DNA of 64,000 nucleotides, from positions 162,194,001-162,258,000 of the forward strand of contig NC_058368.1 in assembly GCF_018350175.1 (NCBI RefSeq), given 5' to 3'. Under the pieces are notes generated by a model. That model saw only the letters and a program-made list of their open reading frames with translations, was not told the origin of the DNA and searched no databases. This DNA is from Felis catus (taxonomy: Eukaryota). How positions within the stretch are numbered: the first letter of the stretch is position 1; each line of letters opens with the position of its first letter. Position numbers and translations under genes: made by a program. This document shows positions 1 to 13,910 of this stretch, in pieces.

Positions 1-687
1 TAAATATAGTGATGAGACTTAGACCTAATGTTAAAGCAAAGTAGGAAAGTGGTATCATGAGTGCAGTCAGACAAAATTCCTGGAGGACCAGAAATGGTAC
101 AGAGTTGAGGCAGCCCCTGCCCATACCTGAAACAAGCACTGGGGTGGAAGTACCCCGAAGTACTACCACCTTAAGGAAGTGTTAGGAGTGACCATGGTGA
201 ATGGTTCAAAGTGTATTCTTTAATTGTAAGGTAGCCAGAATTAAGGGATACATACTTTGAAAAACACGTGAGAAAATGAGACCTTGCAGAAGGGCAAGGC
301 ATTCAGAAGCAAATGAAATGAAGTGAGGCTGGAAGTTTTCCTAAACTTGTTTGCTGTTAACTACTGGTAAGTGCATTCTTGACACATGAAAAATATCATC
401 ATAGACTAGATATTAAGGAACCAGAGAGGAAGCACATTGTGGTATTTATTTAATAGGCATGATCATATGAATAATCTAAACTTTCCTTTGTGTGTGCTGA
501 TGAGGACCACTGGCAGTATGCAAGTAAATAAATAGATGAAATAGTTTTGATATTTGCTAGTAAGGGTAACAACCAGGTAGTAAAGAGCACATGTGTGTGT
601 GTGTAAGATTACTTCAGGAAGATTAGTACCAATCTAGAGATAGACACAAACCTATGGCTGTGTGATATGTGGAAGTCCAACCAAATT

Positions 688-911
688 GGGGTGCCTGGGT
701 TGCTCAGACGGTTAAGCAGTTAAGTGTCCGACTTTGGCTCATGATTTCATGGTTTGTGGGTTTGAGCCCCTGGTTGGGCTCTGTGCTGACCGCTCAGAGC
801 CTGGGGCCTGCTTCGGATTCTGTGTCTCCCTCCCTCTCTGCTGCTCCACTACTCGTGCTCTGTCTCTCTGTCTCTGTCTCTGTCTCTCTCAAAAAGAAAA
901 CATTTTTAAAA
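688..911 (+). mobile_element. CanSINE (SINEC, tRNA-derived)
   Basis: GGGGTGCCTGGGT head, (CT)n body, A-tail; degenerate TSD aagtccaaccaaatt / aggcccaatcaaact. Confidence 0.95.
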
Positions 912-2524
912 AGGCCCAATCAAACTAAAATCATAAATGAACGTTCTGTTATTAGTTAAAGAGGACTGATATTTTAGTTTTGCAAATAAATGATTATAAT
1001 ATACTTGGATAATGTTCATTATTTCTATATGACCAGATTAGTCTGAGTATTGATAAAACTCACAAATTCACAGAGTGATAACATGTTGGACCTATAAAAC
1101 AGTTTGAAATTGCATATTTTGCAAATAGACAATAATCAAATGTTCTCAAAAGCAAACTACCCAATGTCTTGTATGTAAATGGAACTTTTCCTGTTATTAA
1201 ATGGACGTGTTTGTTTTAAATTGCTTTTCATGTTGACCACTTACTTTGAAAATAATAGATAACTTTCTTAGATATTGGGTCTTTTCCCCAGGAAATGTTT
1301 TACAATATTTTTACATCAATTCTGAGGCTTGATTTTGATTTATTAGCTTCTAATTGTGTCAGCAGTAATATCCTTTTCAAAAGAGGAGATGTTTAAAAGT
1401 AGATTTTGATCCTATAAAATCCCTACGAGTAGTGGAAATATATCAATAGTCAGTTTGCATCAATGCAAGATATTTTCATTTCCAACCTTATTACCAATAT
1501 TGATAAAAACATGTACTTTGAGTAAAATGAAAACATGCAGATGGTATCTAGATACAGACAAGATGTTAGCACTTTAATTTTATTTGGAAAAGAATGTGTA
1601 CTTCCACGAAAGCTTTAATAAATAGAATAAACATACTATGAGGAAGAAGCAAAATATGGCAAGAAAAGTGTTCCGAAAAATAGTATTTTTTTTACTTTTT
1701 TTGGCTATGACTACAAAATAACAGATGTTTTCCTGAGAAGAAAAGCCAGCTTCAAGATAATGTCATCCTTTTGAATAAAATACTAAAAACATTTAAATGA
1801 AAAAGTAATACATGACTAATAAAGTAAAACCCTGATCTTTCGTTTGAGAAGTAAAGAGCACAATTCAGCTAGGCTAAAAGGCCTTACCTGAATAGTCATG
1901 TTTTGATTTAAATTTAAGAAACTCACGATACATGGAATGCTTTCCACCGTCACTTTTTAAGATCTAGTTGTTATAATTTATTAGATATTAGAAATTGTTA
2001 ATATGTTGACTTAATTTGCTTCAGGGTTAATTTGTGAAGACTCTAGTTAAACTAGTTCAATGACAATTCTTACTCCTAGAAGCTGGTTATTTCTACACAG
2101 CCTTTTGGTTTAAATAAGGCCTCAGAGTGTTTTTCAGGTCCTTGATTTGGATCTGCTTTTTTAAGGTGGTGTTTTTTAAAGCTATAACACCTATTTTTAA
2201 AGTTATACTTTTAATACCTACCATGTCAAAGTTTAGGAAGTTCTCTCTGGGAGAAATAAAGGTTCTACATAAAAAAATCATTTAATTTGGAGATAATGCT
2301 AACCAATGGTATGGATACTGAAAAAGAGGTTGAATTAAAATCATGAATGGAAGAACTGATGGACAATTTCAAGAAGTAGTACAGTGTGAGGTCACTTTTC
2401 TCTGAATTTTTCTGGTGAATAGACTGCGTTTATGGTCAGAATATTGGGATGGAAAATAAACTTTAATAAAAACAGCTTTCATTAAGCCGTGATTATGTCA
2501 CAGAATCTCTGCATACAGTATTTA

Positions 2525-3932
2525 AATGCTGAAGACTACACCAACAAAATTGTTAGAACATACCAACAATTTGAGTAATGTTGCATTATCCTAAATTAAT
2601 ATAAAAAATCAGTTGCATTTCTATACACTAACAGTGAACTATCTGAAAATGAAATAAAATAATCCCATTGACAATAGCATCAAAAAAAAGAAAATACTTA
2701 TAAATAAATTTAACCAAGATGATGAAAGTTTATATACTGAAAATCATAACACATTGATGAAAGGAATTGAAGAAGACACACACAAATAAACAGATGTCAC
2801 ATGTTTGTGACTCAGAATAATTAATATCGTTAGTGTATCTATACTACCCAAAGCCATCTAGAAATTCAATGTAATCTCTATCAAAATTCCAATTGCATTT
2901 TTTACAAAAAAAAAAAAACCTACAAAGTATATGGAAGAACAAAAGATCTCAAATAGCTAGTATCATCCTGAAAAAATAGAAAAAAGCTGGCAGCTTCACA
3001 CTTCTTCATTCCAACCTTATTGCAAAGCTATAGAACTGTAGTGAACAAATCCTTTGATACTGGCCTAAAAACAGACACATAGAGCAATGGAAAATATTGA
3101 AAGCCCAGAAAGAAATCCACGCATATATAGTCAACTAACATTTGACAAGCCAAGAATACTTGGTGAAGAAAAGGTAGTTTCTTCAATAAATGGTATTGTG
3201 AAAATTGGATATTCAAATGAAGAAAAATGAAATTGGGCCTCTATCTTACACCACTCAAAAAAATTACCTCAAAGTGGTTTAAAACCTTAAATGTGAAACT
3301 TGAAGCCATACAAGTTCTAGAAGAAAACAAGGGGTAAGCTCTTTGAGATTGATCTTGGCAAAAATTTTTTGGATGTGACGCCAAGAGTACACACAACTAA
3401 AGAAAAACTAAACAAATGTGATTGCATGAAAAAATGTAATTGCATTAAACAAAAGTTTTTGCAAAGCAAAAGAAACAACCAGCAAAATGAGAAAGACTAT
3501 TTATGGATTGGGAGAAAATATTTGCAAATCATCTATCTGAGAAGGTATTAATATCCAAAATATATAAAGAACTTATATATATCAAGCAAACAACAATAAT
3601 AATCTGAATAACAAATGGACAGAAGTCTTGAGTAGACATAGCCATATTTTCCAAAGAAGACAGACAAATGGCTGACATAAATTAAAGATACTCAACATCA
3701 CTAATTATCAGGGAAATGTTAATCAAAACCACAATGCTATATCACTTCCCACCTGTTAGAATAACTATTATCAGAAAGACAAAAGCTAGCAAATCCTGGC
3801 CAGGGTGTGGAAAAGGGAAACCTTGGTACTGTTGGTGGTGGGAATGTAAATTGGTGCAGCCACTGTGGAAAACAGTATGGAGGTTCCTCAAAAATTAAAA
3901 AGGAACCACCATAATAAGACTCAGCAATCTGC
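2525..3932 (+). mobile_element. Old L1 (L1MA/L1MB-like), 3' part of ORF2
   Basis: Decayed ORF2 motifs ([20 protein letters not shown] in ORF 3716..3898); collinear with the L1 at 48.4-50.3 kb. Confidence 0.9.
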
Positions 3933-5072
3933 TGGGCACTTTTATTGTTTACTGTGTGCATGTTAACATTTAGTTAAAAATTTTCCCTAATTTGACTTAA
4001 CTTTCTTATATCTGTCATTACAACTCTACACTTAACTACTTTCCAAAAGGATTAAATATTTTTATTTTCTCTTTAGCTATTAAAACAACAATGTAACACT
4101 ATTTTTGTTACCATATAAAAACAAGAATAGAGTTAAAATCTGTAATATATCCCCAAAGGAAATAAAAAAATATGATTCATTAAATAAATATCTCAGTTAC
4201 TGCATAAATTTACTTACCAAAGTTTTGCAACATTAATGTCTGTATCAATTGGCTTGTTTTGTACTATCAACTCTATTGTCAATATAGAGTCTCATCTCCT
4301 TTGTAATGTCATCAGTAATAGTCTAATTTTTACCCCAAAATAATTTAATCCAGTTTTTCTGTTTAGTTGTTGTCTATTTGTTTCTGTCTGCTGTTTATAG
4401 ATGTGGGCTTACACTATAGTTCAATTTATTAGTTCTTACATGACTTGTCAAATTTCCATCGGATACAAGCAATATGTGTGAAAACATCATCCAAATGTGG
4501 CTTATGAATTATATCAGTTCCAATTACTTTAATATATCATTATGTTTGATTCTTTCTGCAGAAAAAGCCCATATAGTCTACACTAACTCCTTTTAAAAGT
4601 CCTAGTGAACATTGAAATAAAGATACTTTTTAGAAATGTGTAATAAAATAAAAATAGAGCTGCTGCTAGTTTCTACAAAGCTGTGAATGCATGATTAAAT
4701 TTTTAAAAAATTAAAAAATTGGTTTCCCAAGGAAGTGAGAATAAACATTTAAAATACACTATATGTAGTCATAGTATGATACAATATATCAAATTATATT
4801 TCATTAGCATATTTAGTATATTTCAGAATGTATAGTTGCAGTTGTTATATTGGATATTGGAGCTTAAGGCTACATACATAATATGTATTTATATAGTATA
4901 TACAAATGCTGAAACTATATTTAATACCTTGCTATTGTATTTTTCACATATTTCTCACATTACTTTTGTTTTTGAGAATTGCATTTAAATATTGATCTTG
5001 ATCAAATTTTTGCATGAAACTTTCATTTATATTTGAATTTCTATAGGCTTGTATTTAAACTTTGTTAGTGTC

Positions 5073-5290
5073 GGGGTGTTTGGGTGATTCAATCAGTTAA
5101 GTGTCCAGCTCTTGATTTCTGCTCAGGTCATAATCTCATGGTTCATGAGATTGAGCCTCGCGTTGGACTCTGTGCTGACAGTGTGGAGCCTGCTTGGGAT
5201 TTTCTCTTTCCCTCTCTTTCTGCTTCTCTCTCTCTCCCTCAAAATAAATAAATAAACTTAAAAAAAAACAAAAACAAACAAACAAAAAAA
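5073..5290 (+). mobile_element. CanSINE
   Basis: SINE head and body; TSD aaactttgttagtgt at 5057-5071 and 5291-5305. Confidence 0.95.
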
Positions 5291-5432
5291 AAACTTTGTT
5301 AGTGTGAACTGTGGAAAGCCCAAGATATTCCATAGTTATTTTAACTTGAGGAACTTGCCCTCCAGATCTGTCCCCTAGGGAATCTTTTCAGAACTTGCTT
5401 TAAGTCTTGTTTTTAGGATGGCTCTAGAGCAA

Positions 5433-5890
5433 GTATTATGAGTTGTACAGTGTCTCCCTTCAAATTCAAATATTGTAGTCTTAACCCCCAAGTACCTCAG
5501 AATGTGAACTTATTTGGAAATAGGGCTATTCCAGATGTAATTAGGTTAGATGAAGTCATACTGAAGTAGAGTAGGCTCCAATCCCATAAAACTGGTGACC
5601 TTATAAAATGGAGAAATATGATCACAGACACACATACAGGGAAGTCATCATGTGAATATGGAGGCAGAGATAGGTATTGTGTCTACAAGACAAAGGATGG
5701 CAGAGATTGTTGGCAAAGCACCAGACTAGGGGAGAGGCATGGAACAGATTCTCCCTCATGGTTTCAGAAGGAACTAACTGCCAAAACCTTGATCTCAGGC
5801 TTCTAGTCTCTAGAACAGTGAAACAATCAATTTCTGTTGGTTAAGTCACTCACATCATACTTTATTATGGCAGTTCCAGGAAACAAAAAG
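5433..5890 (+). mobile_element. MLT1 (MLT1B/C-like) MaLR solo LTR
   Basis: Typical MLT1 motifs: acctcagaatgtgaacttatttggaaataggg, gaggcatggaacagattctccctc, aatttctgttggttaag. Confidence 0.85.
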
Positions 5891-6362
5891 AGGTCTTAAT
5901 ATAGGGCATGGTCCTTATTTTTCAGGTTTGGCTTTTTTTATTTCTCTCAGGAATTCTAGGGGTATTAAGGAGGTCTCAAGTGGGTTGAACAATTCTAGCA
6001 GAATTCCCATGTCCTAAGGAACTCATTTACCAGTGTCCCTCATCTTTTAGTATCTATTCCTCTTTCCAATAAGAAAGCTGCTTTCCAGTAAGACATGAGT
6101 GGTCTCATTGTAAAAATGTATAACCCAGCCCTCAGCCATGGACTCACAAGGAATCCCCATGCTGACGTCTGAATTCCAGTCTCTACTCAGCATCTACCTC
6201 ATCAATACTCTGGCCTGCAAAGTCCTGCCACTTAGCTGACCAGAACTCTGATCTCACCCTCCTCAGCACAGAGAGACTGCTTTTGCTCTGCAGAATTCCA
6301 AGTCTCTATGTAGGGCCTCAGACAAGTTTGACTGTTGAGCTCACATCACTGAGCTGAAGTCA

Positions 6363-6589
6363 TTTTTTTTTATAATTTATTTACTTACTTTGACACAGAG
6401 AGAGAGCGAGAGAGCAAGAGTGTACACAAGCATGGGGAGGTTCAGAGACAGGAGACAGAGAATACCAAGCAGGCTCTGTGCTGTTAGTGCAATCCCAATG
6501 CGGGGCTCAATCTCACTGAACTGTGAGATCATGACCTGAGCCAAAATCAAGAGTCAGATGCTGAACCCACTGAGCTATCCAGTAGCCCC
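6363..6589 (-). mobile_element. CanSINE
   Basis: Reverse-complement SINE; TSD gagctgaagtc / gagctcaagtc. Confidence 0.93.
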
Positions 6590-6924
6590 AGAGCTCAAGT
6601 CCTTTCTGAAGTTCTGTCAGGGATTACAGTTTTGCACTGACTTTGTGAAACCAGGTGCCTCATACGCTTTGTCCAGTTTGATAGCTGTTCACAGCAGAAA
6701 AACTAGTCCTATTCCATGTATTCCACCAAGGCAAGCCTGTATCTTTCAGAGTGAAACATGTGAAATCTAATAATTTTGATATTGGTAAGCTACCATCTAA
6801 ATTCCTATAGAGAAGTCTGACTGAAAGACTGTACCACATCTTCCCCATAGCTACCATAATCTCTTGGGTTGATAGTAATCTCTCTTTTCTTCTTCTCTTT
6901 TTTTTTTCTCCAGAGTTGTTTTTT

Positions 6925-7143
6925 AAATTTTTTTTCTTAATGTTTTCATTTATTTTTGAGACAGAGAGAGACAGAACATGAGCAGGGAAGGGGCAGAGAG
7001 AGAGGGAGACACAGAATCTGAAGCAGGCTTCAGGCTCTGAGCCATCAGCACAGAGCCCGATGTGGGGCTCGAACTCTCAGACTGTGAGATCATGACCTGA
7101 GCCGAAGTCGGACGCTCAACCGACTGAGCCACCCAGGCACCCC
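6925..7143 (-). mobile_element. CanSINE (SINEC_Fc-like)
   Basis: Well-preserved reverse SINE; TSD tctccagagttg / tctccacagttg. Confidence 0.96.
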
Positions 7144-7424
7144 TCTCCACAGTTGGTTTTAAGAAAGGATATAAAAGAGGGAAATTGATGAAACGATAGA
7201 AATGCAATATCTATCTTCTCTTCCAGAAGCATAATGAAAACTGTTCCATTCAATTTTAAATGTTGATCTAAAATCTCTTTAAGAACTAATTTTAGGTAGA
7301 AGAAAAGTGGATGGTAGACCTAAATAGCTTAGAGAACCTCATAAATTAACATTTCTCAATGAAATAACATTTCTCATTCTTTCTCAATGAAATCACGAGA
7401 GACAGAGAGATATTCCCAACATAT

Positions 7425-7492
7425 AGATAGACACAGATACAGATGATATAGATATAGATGATGAGATAGAGATAGATAGAGAAAAAGATGAT

Positions 7493-7523
<31 letters not shown>

Positions 7524-7563
7524 GATAGAGATAGAGATAGAGATAGAGATAGAGATAGAGATA
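7425..7563. repeat. (AGAGAT)n / (GATA)-type compound microsatellite
   Basis: Direct inspection. Confidence 0.95.
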
Positions 7564-8257
7564 CATATATTCCCAACTCATCATAACTTCTTTCCCAGAC
7601 CTTACTCCCTTTGTTTTCTATATACTCGGTTTGACTGTAACGGTTTTGTGATGGTTTCTTTAAGCAGTTCAATTGACCAAAATATATAAATGTTACAATG
7701 CTATGTGAACAATGCCCCACAGAAATCACAAAAAAGCAATTAATTAATCTTTTCTCACCAGCCTAAGTAGTTTTGTGACAGTGTGGTGCTCTATTTTATA
7801 TTGATCTAGAGTGATATATAGTATGTTTCATACTGGCAGATCTATTTTTGTCACTTTTGTCTTCACCTTGTGGAAGAAAATAATTGTATAAATAATTTCC
7901 TTCTGGAAACAAAAATTTATCATTAAAAATCTCAACTAATAACTGTTATTTTAATTATTACTGAAAGACTGAAAGGAGTGGAGAGAGACTAGGCCTACTG
8001 TTTTTTAATGATGAAAACAATGATTTGATTTATATGTGTTAGTTTTGCAAATGATCCTTAATAAAAATACCATAAGCTGCCAAAGGAGTAATGAAGATGT
8101 AGTAATTAGTCATCAGTAAAGATAACTTTAAATATTGATAGGTTTAACCATCTTGAACAACAGAGGCTACTGACAATATACACTATAGAAAAGACACCAA
8201 CCAAATAAAGCTAAACAAATATGAGACAAACAGAACTAATCAAAATATAAAATACTT

Positions 8258-8456
8258 GGGGTGCCTGGGTTGCTCACTTTTTTGAGCATCCAACTCCTGA
8301 TTTTGGCTCATGTCATGATCCCAGTGTTGCAGGATTAAGCCCCACATCTGGCTCCATGCTGAGTGTGGGGCCTGCTTGGAATTCTCTCCCCCTCTCCTCT
8401 TCTCTCTCTCCTCTTCTCTCTCTCCTCTTCTCTCTCTCCTCTTCTCTCTCTCCTCT

Positions 8457-8478
<22 letters not shown>
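8258..8478 (+). mobile_element. CanSINE with expanded (CT)n region
   Basis: SINE head at 8258; the 3' end is replaced by microsatellites. Confidence 0.9.
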
Positions 8479-8513
<35 letters not shown>

Positions 8514-8670
8514 ATGTGTATATATATATATATATACAAAATACAAATGTGATTATTGTATATATATATATATATATATGCTTGTTTATATAAGATACTT
8601 TACGAATGTAAATATTATTGTGTATATATGTGTGTATATGTGTGCATACATATATATATATATATATATG
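8479..8670. repeat. (TA)n/(TG)n compound microsatellite
   Basis: Direct inspection. Confidence 0.95.
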
Positions 8671-9433
8671 CACAAAATACTTTACAAATGTGATTATTCT
8701 AAAATACCTATTATAACAGGCAGGTGATTTTGACCCAGAAGTTGTCCAAAAGTATGTTACTATCTGGTTGTATATGCCAATGTATATTATTTTTTCCATA
8801 TTATTTAATCTGTTTTCCAAGGAAAAATACTAAGCTTTTCTGCAATTATCTTTATAAAGCAAGTTATCCAAAAACAATCTTTTAACATAAGATTAAACAA
8901 GAGAACACTTTCAGAGAGAGGATTTTCTCCTTTAAACAATGAATTCCCTAATGTATTAAAAATATTTTACATGCAGGGAATAAGCATAGTACTGCTGTGA
9001 GCTAATTGTACATGGGTGCACTGTGTAGCCAGACTGTGGGAGGAGGAAGGGAAGGGCAGAAAACCATTTAACTGTGAAGGAACAGCAACAAGACCAGTAT
9101 GATATGCCAAGGTAATAAATGCTGTTTATAATTTCCTTTAAAAAATATTTTACATGCATATTACCAAGTTTCAAGTAATATATAAAAAGTCTCAGGAAAA
9201 TGCCTAATTGCCTCAATGGGTAGATATGGAGAACCAGTGAAAGGTGAGGGTAGACTAAAACTAAATTTCTGAGGGCCTTTAATGAAATTGTGAGTGATAA
9301 GAATTTCAGATCAATGCAAAGCAAAAAATTATTAAATTGGATTTTAGAAAGAACCTCTAGCTTCAGAGGCCAGCAACACAGGCAACTTTGGCAATTCTTC
9401 TTATCTATAGTGTATTAGAATGGCAATAGGTTA

Positions 9434-9654
9434 GGGGCGCCTGGGTGGCGCAGTCAGTTAAGCGTCCGACTTCAGCCAGGTCATGATCTCGCGGTCCGTG
9501 AGTTCGAGCCCCGCGTCGGGCTCTGGGCTGGTGGCTCAGAGCCTGGAGCCTGTTTCCGATTCTGTGTCTCCCTCTCTCTCTGCCCCTCCCCCGTTCATGC
9601 TCTGTCTCTCTCTGTCCCAAAAATAAATAAACGTTGAAAAAAAAATTTAAAAAA
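9434..9654 (+). mobile_element. Young felid CanSINE (SINEC_Fc-like)
   Basis: CpG-intact body; perfect 17-bp TSD agaatggcaataggtta (9417-9433, 9655-9671). Confidence 0.98.
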
Positions 9655-9939
9655 AGAATGGCAATAGGTTAAAATTTCAAAACAGTTCTAAATATTACAT
9701 TCCTAAAACTAATGGGTTTAAAAGTTCTCTTAAAGAGCGTTTGTAACTTGCAGGTATTCATGTGATTCAAGAAAAATGTCCAAATTATTATGTAAAGTTT
9801 TAAGTTTAGAATTTATTATTATACTTAAACCAAAACATTTTTCACATTTCACTTTGAAAAAGGCAATCTTATTCATGTAAAGAAGCTTTGAGAAACAAAA
9901 CTATATATTAAAGCTGAAAGGTACATTTTTGTGGTAATA

Positions 9940-9982
9940 GGAAAGAAGAAAGACAGAAAGACAGAAAGACAGACAGACAGAC

Positions 9983-10037
<55 letters not shown>

Positions 10038-10138
10038 AAAGAAAGAAAAGCAAGAAAGAAAAAGAAAGAAAAGGAAAGAAAAAAGAAAAGAGAAAAGAAA
10101 ATAAAAAAGAAAAGGGAAGGGAAGGAAAGGGAAAAAGA
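9940..10138. repeat. (GACA)n/(GAAA)n purine-rich compound microsatellite
   Basis: Direct inspection. Confidence 0.95.
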
Positions 10139-11586
10139 ATCACAAAGACCACAGTGTACATATTTGGGTCACTCTCACTAGGCATAATAGTTTATTAAAA
10201 TGTAAGTGAATTATTAATCAATTTGTTAGTCATCACTAACATAAAAATAATTAATATGTTTTAGAAAATGACGATAAACATGTAAGCATTACTGAATGTT
10301 TAAAAGGAACCCTTTACCTTTTAACACATTGAATGCACATTTACAAATATGTTAAATGGAAGTACAGAAAACTGGCAGATATAGGGTCTTGCTGATACTT
10401 CTCAAGCATAAAGAAATTGGACAAAAAATACAGTAGCTTCTTAGCTGATAAAAGTTTAACATGCTCAAGACTAACGGAGGATTGGAGATGTGACATTTAG
10501 TTAGATGCATCAAAATGGATTAAAACTATTTTGAAATTTTCAAAAAAAAATGAATAAATGTTAAAAAAATTAAAAATAAAAAAAATTAAAAAAAAACTAT
10601 CTTGGATCAACAGGTCAACTTCATTAGCTGGCAAGGATAGTTCTAAAATTGAGTGTGTTAGAATATGAGCACCAGCTTTAATGCATGTCTTGGTGAAATT
10701 AAGTTGAGAAAATTTTTTTAATGAAAAATAATATCCCTTTGACAAATGTAAACCCCCTCAATTGAAATTATTTTGGGCTAAACTTTAAATAGTTCATTTA
10801 ACGGCAAAGGAAACAATGATACTATATTCTTCAAAAAGATAGTTAAATAAACTATTTTCCTTCAGTGCACTAGCTATGTTCAATCACCATAATATAATTT
10901 CTTCTAAAAATTTAAATGAAATCAATTTTTTCTGATAATTTTACTTAAAACTGTTACTTTTCACTTCCAGATATTTGTGCTATGATAATTTCCCTATCCC
11001 AGTTGTCAACCCTGGCTTAGGGATTTTATGTGTAATAATATCTCCATAGACAACTTTGTATTTCTCTCAAAATACTATATAGATTTTGGAACACACTCTA
11101 ATATTGATTTTACAACAGTGTTTAGAACCTATTATGAAACAACATTAAATATTGGTTAAATGTCAGTTGTGATATATGCAAAAATTAATATCTTGCTAAT
11201 AAATGATCATAGCTGGGAATGACTAAAAAAAGTAATCTTAATGGTTGAGGAACACTGTGTATCCATATGGTTGGCTGGTGGCTTTGATTTTATTTTTTGT
11301 TATTATCTATCTTTGAAGATGATGGTTCAGGCAGTCTAGGACACTGCTGACTACAGCAACAGCCCTTAACTCCTCAAAATTAACAGTAATATTTCACTGT
11401 CATAATCAAGTTATATGGCTGATTCTGATATCAAAGTGGTAGGGAAGTATTATGTTGACTCTGGCAAAAAAAAAAAAATTGTATATTGTCGAACAGAAAT
11501 ACAATACACTTTCCACAGGTAGGAAAGTAAAATATGTGGAGAATTCAGGGAAACTACTCTCTGTTTGGTAGAAAACTCAACTGTCC

Positions 11587-11800
11587 GGGTGCCTGAGTGG
11601 CTCAGTCAGTTAAGCATCTGATTTTGACTCAGGTCATGATCTCATGGTTTGTGAATTCCAGCCCTATATTGGGCTGTGTGCTGAGAGTTGGAAGCCTGGA
11701 GATCACAGATTCTGTGTCTCCCTCTCTCTGCCTCTCCCCCACTTGTTTTTTGTCTTTCTCTCTCTCTCAAAAAAATAAACAAACATTAAAAAAATTAAAA
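11587..11800 (+). mobile_element. CanSINE
   Basis: SINE head, body and A-tail. Confidence 0.93.
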
Positions 11801-12029
11801 GAAAAACCTCAACTAACTGTTAACTTCTATGCCAGTGGTACACTAATTTTAGTAAGAAACAACTAGAGTGTTACTTTAAAAAAGATCAAGATGGCTCAGT
11901 TTCTGACTCAAAAGAGTATAATTCAGCAGGCTAAGCTTGGGACATAGGTGAGATATTAGAGGGCTGATTTTTTTGGCATTATTTTATTAAATGTTTGTTT
12001 TGTTAGTATTGTCATTTACCAAAAGTTCA

Positions 12030-13530
12030 ATAAAAGGAGACCTGCACGGCACAGAGAAGGATATTAAAACTGTTCCAGTCAGTATTCTCCATATTCTTGT
12101 GGGTATGAGGAAAAGCAAGAATATGATGACAGAAACACAAAATAGAAAACGTCACAATAAAACTTTGATAGAGAACACTGTAATATCTGAAATGAAGCAT
12201 ATACTGGATAGGATGACAAGCCAACGTATTAGAAGAAGTAGACTATCTGATTAGCACCATATATTTGCAAATATGTATGTTTATATTAAGGCTCTCTGAA
12301 AAAAAATATTAGACACAGATGGTGTCACTAGTAAATTCTATTAGACTTTTCAAAAGGAAAAATTGCCAGATTTACTCAATTTTCCCTAAAATGAAGTAGA
12401 ATAAATCACTGTTCCATTTGACAGTGCCCAACTTCCATTCAGAATGAAAATGATCAGCCAACTTGAAATATTGAGGAACTTAAGCTGATAAAGGATAGCT
12501 TCCAAAAAAACCTATAGCCAAAATCATACTAATGGGGAATAGCTTTTCCTTAAGTCAGAATAAAACTAGAATACCTAGTTTTCATTAGTTGTATTTGACT
12601 TTGTACTAAAGGGCCTAGCCATTCTAATAAAGTAAGAAAAATAAAAGTGTAAGATTTAAAAGGGAAGGGGCGCCTGCGTGGCTCAGTCGGTTAAGCATCT
12701 GACTTTAGCTCAGGTCATTATCTCATGGTTTGTGGGTTCGAGCCCCGCGTCCGGCTCTGTGCTGACAGCTCAGAACCTGGAGCTAGTTTCAGATTCTGTG
12801 TCTCCTTCTCTCTCTCTGCCCCTCCCCCACTCATTCTCTGTCTCCCTCTGTCTCAAAAATAAATAAAAATTTTAAAAAATGTTAAAAAGATTTAAAAGGG
12901 AAGAAGTAAAAATTTCCCGTTTTAGATGTTATTGTTTATGTAGAGAATCTCAGGAAATCTACAATAGTTGTAACCAAAGATTAAATTATATACATGAGTA
13001 AATTTATAGTGTATAAATTATATCTCAATAAAGATGTCAAAAAGTACAAATGATAAAGCAAAAATTCAATAGATTTTTATGGTGATGGAAATATTTTATA
13101 TTTTGTTGTGATAGTTATATGACTGTATCCATTTGAATAAATTAATCTATCTGTGCACTCAAAATGAGGAAATATAGGTCAGCATAAAGGTTCAAAGATA
13201 ATTTTTGCAAAGGATAATTAGCAAGAAGATCACAAGAAATAAGAGCATATAAAGACATTATGAAAATGATTATTACATTAGAAGTGGCAAATATTAAAGA
13301 CTGTAAACTCAGGAAAAGATATTGTGGACAGACTAGAGGAAATTAAAAATTTTAAAGGGAAAATATGAACATGATGGGAGATTTAGTAATTGGCTTTTTG
13401 AAGAGAACAGAACAAACAAATTAGAAAATGCTCCAGATAGAAGAAAATATTCCCAAAAGAAAGACTTGATTCTGCAAGGGGAAAGTGACATACTGTTACT
13501 CAGGAAAAAATGATATAGAACAATCAACAA
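12030..13530 (+). mobile_element. Very old L1/HAL1-like fragments (interrupted by a SINE)
   Basis: A-rich, heavily decayed ORF1/ORF2/3'UTR-like phrases (acagatggtgtcactagtaaattcta; ggtgatggaaatattttata). Confidence 0.5.
12667..12886 (+). mobile_element. CanSINE
   Basis: TSD aagatttaaaagggaag on both sides. Confidence 0.96.
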
Positions 13531-13544
13531 TATTCTGTTGTGAA

Positions 13545-13910
13545 TCTATCGTCTACTCCTCTTCCAAACGCTTACAATTTGCAATAGTCCATCGCCTATA
13601 TACCTCTGGCCTTGCTGTACATCCTCCTACCTTTTCATATAAGTTGAAACCTGGTTGTCCTCAAGGAAGCTTCTTTCTCACAGCCTTCCTAAGGGGCGAC
13701 TAGTTAGTCCCTCATTCTAACACCAGCCTCAAAGGAGGGCAGGGACTCTTTTTGCTTCTCATTACCACTTATAGGCCACTGTCTCTACCTCCATCCTAAA
13801 CCCTGCAACCTATGCCATCGGGTTATACCACTTACTCTCCATCCTTGTTTCAATCAGTTCCAGAAGTCTCAGTTACTATCTCCCATTCCCTGAAGATTTG
13901 GGCAATTTGT
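13545..13910 (+). mobile_element. L2 LINE fragment (endonuclease region)
   Basis: C/T-rich sequence resembling L2 5' ORF2 (tgaaacctgg, tgccatcgggttataccac, cattccctgaagattt). Confidence 0.55.

Noticed and set aside
688..790. tRNA genes
   Set aside because: The tRNA-like A/B boxes are SINE heads; no standalone cloverleaf was seen.
669..959. Recurring ORFs of the GAWVAQSVK...SDSVSPSLS type
   Set aside because: These are translations of CanSINE sequence, not a protein family.
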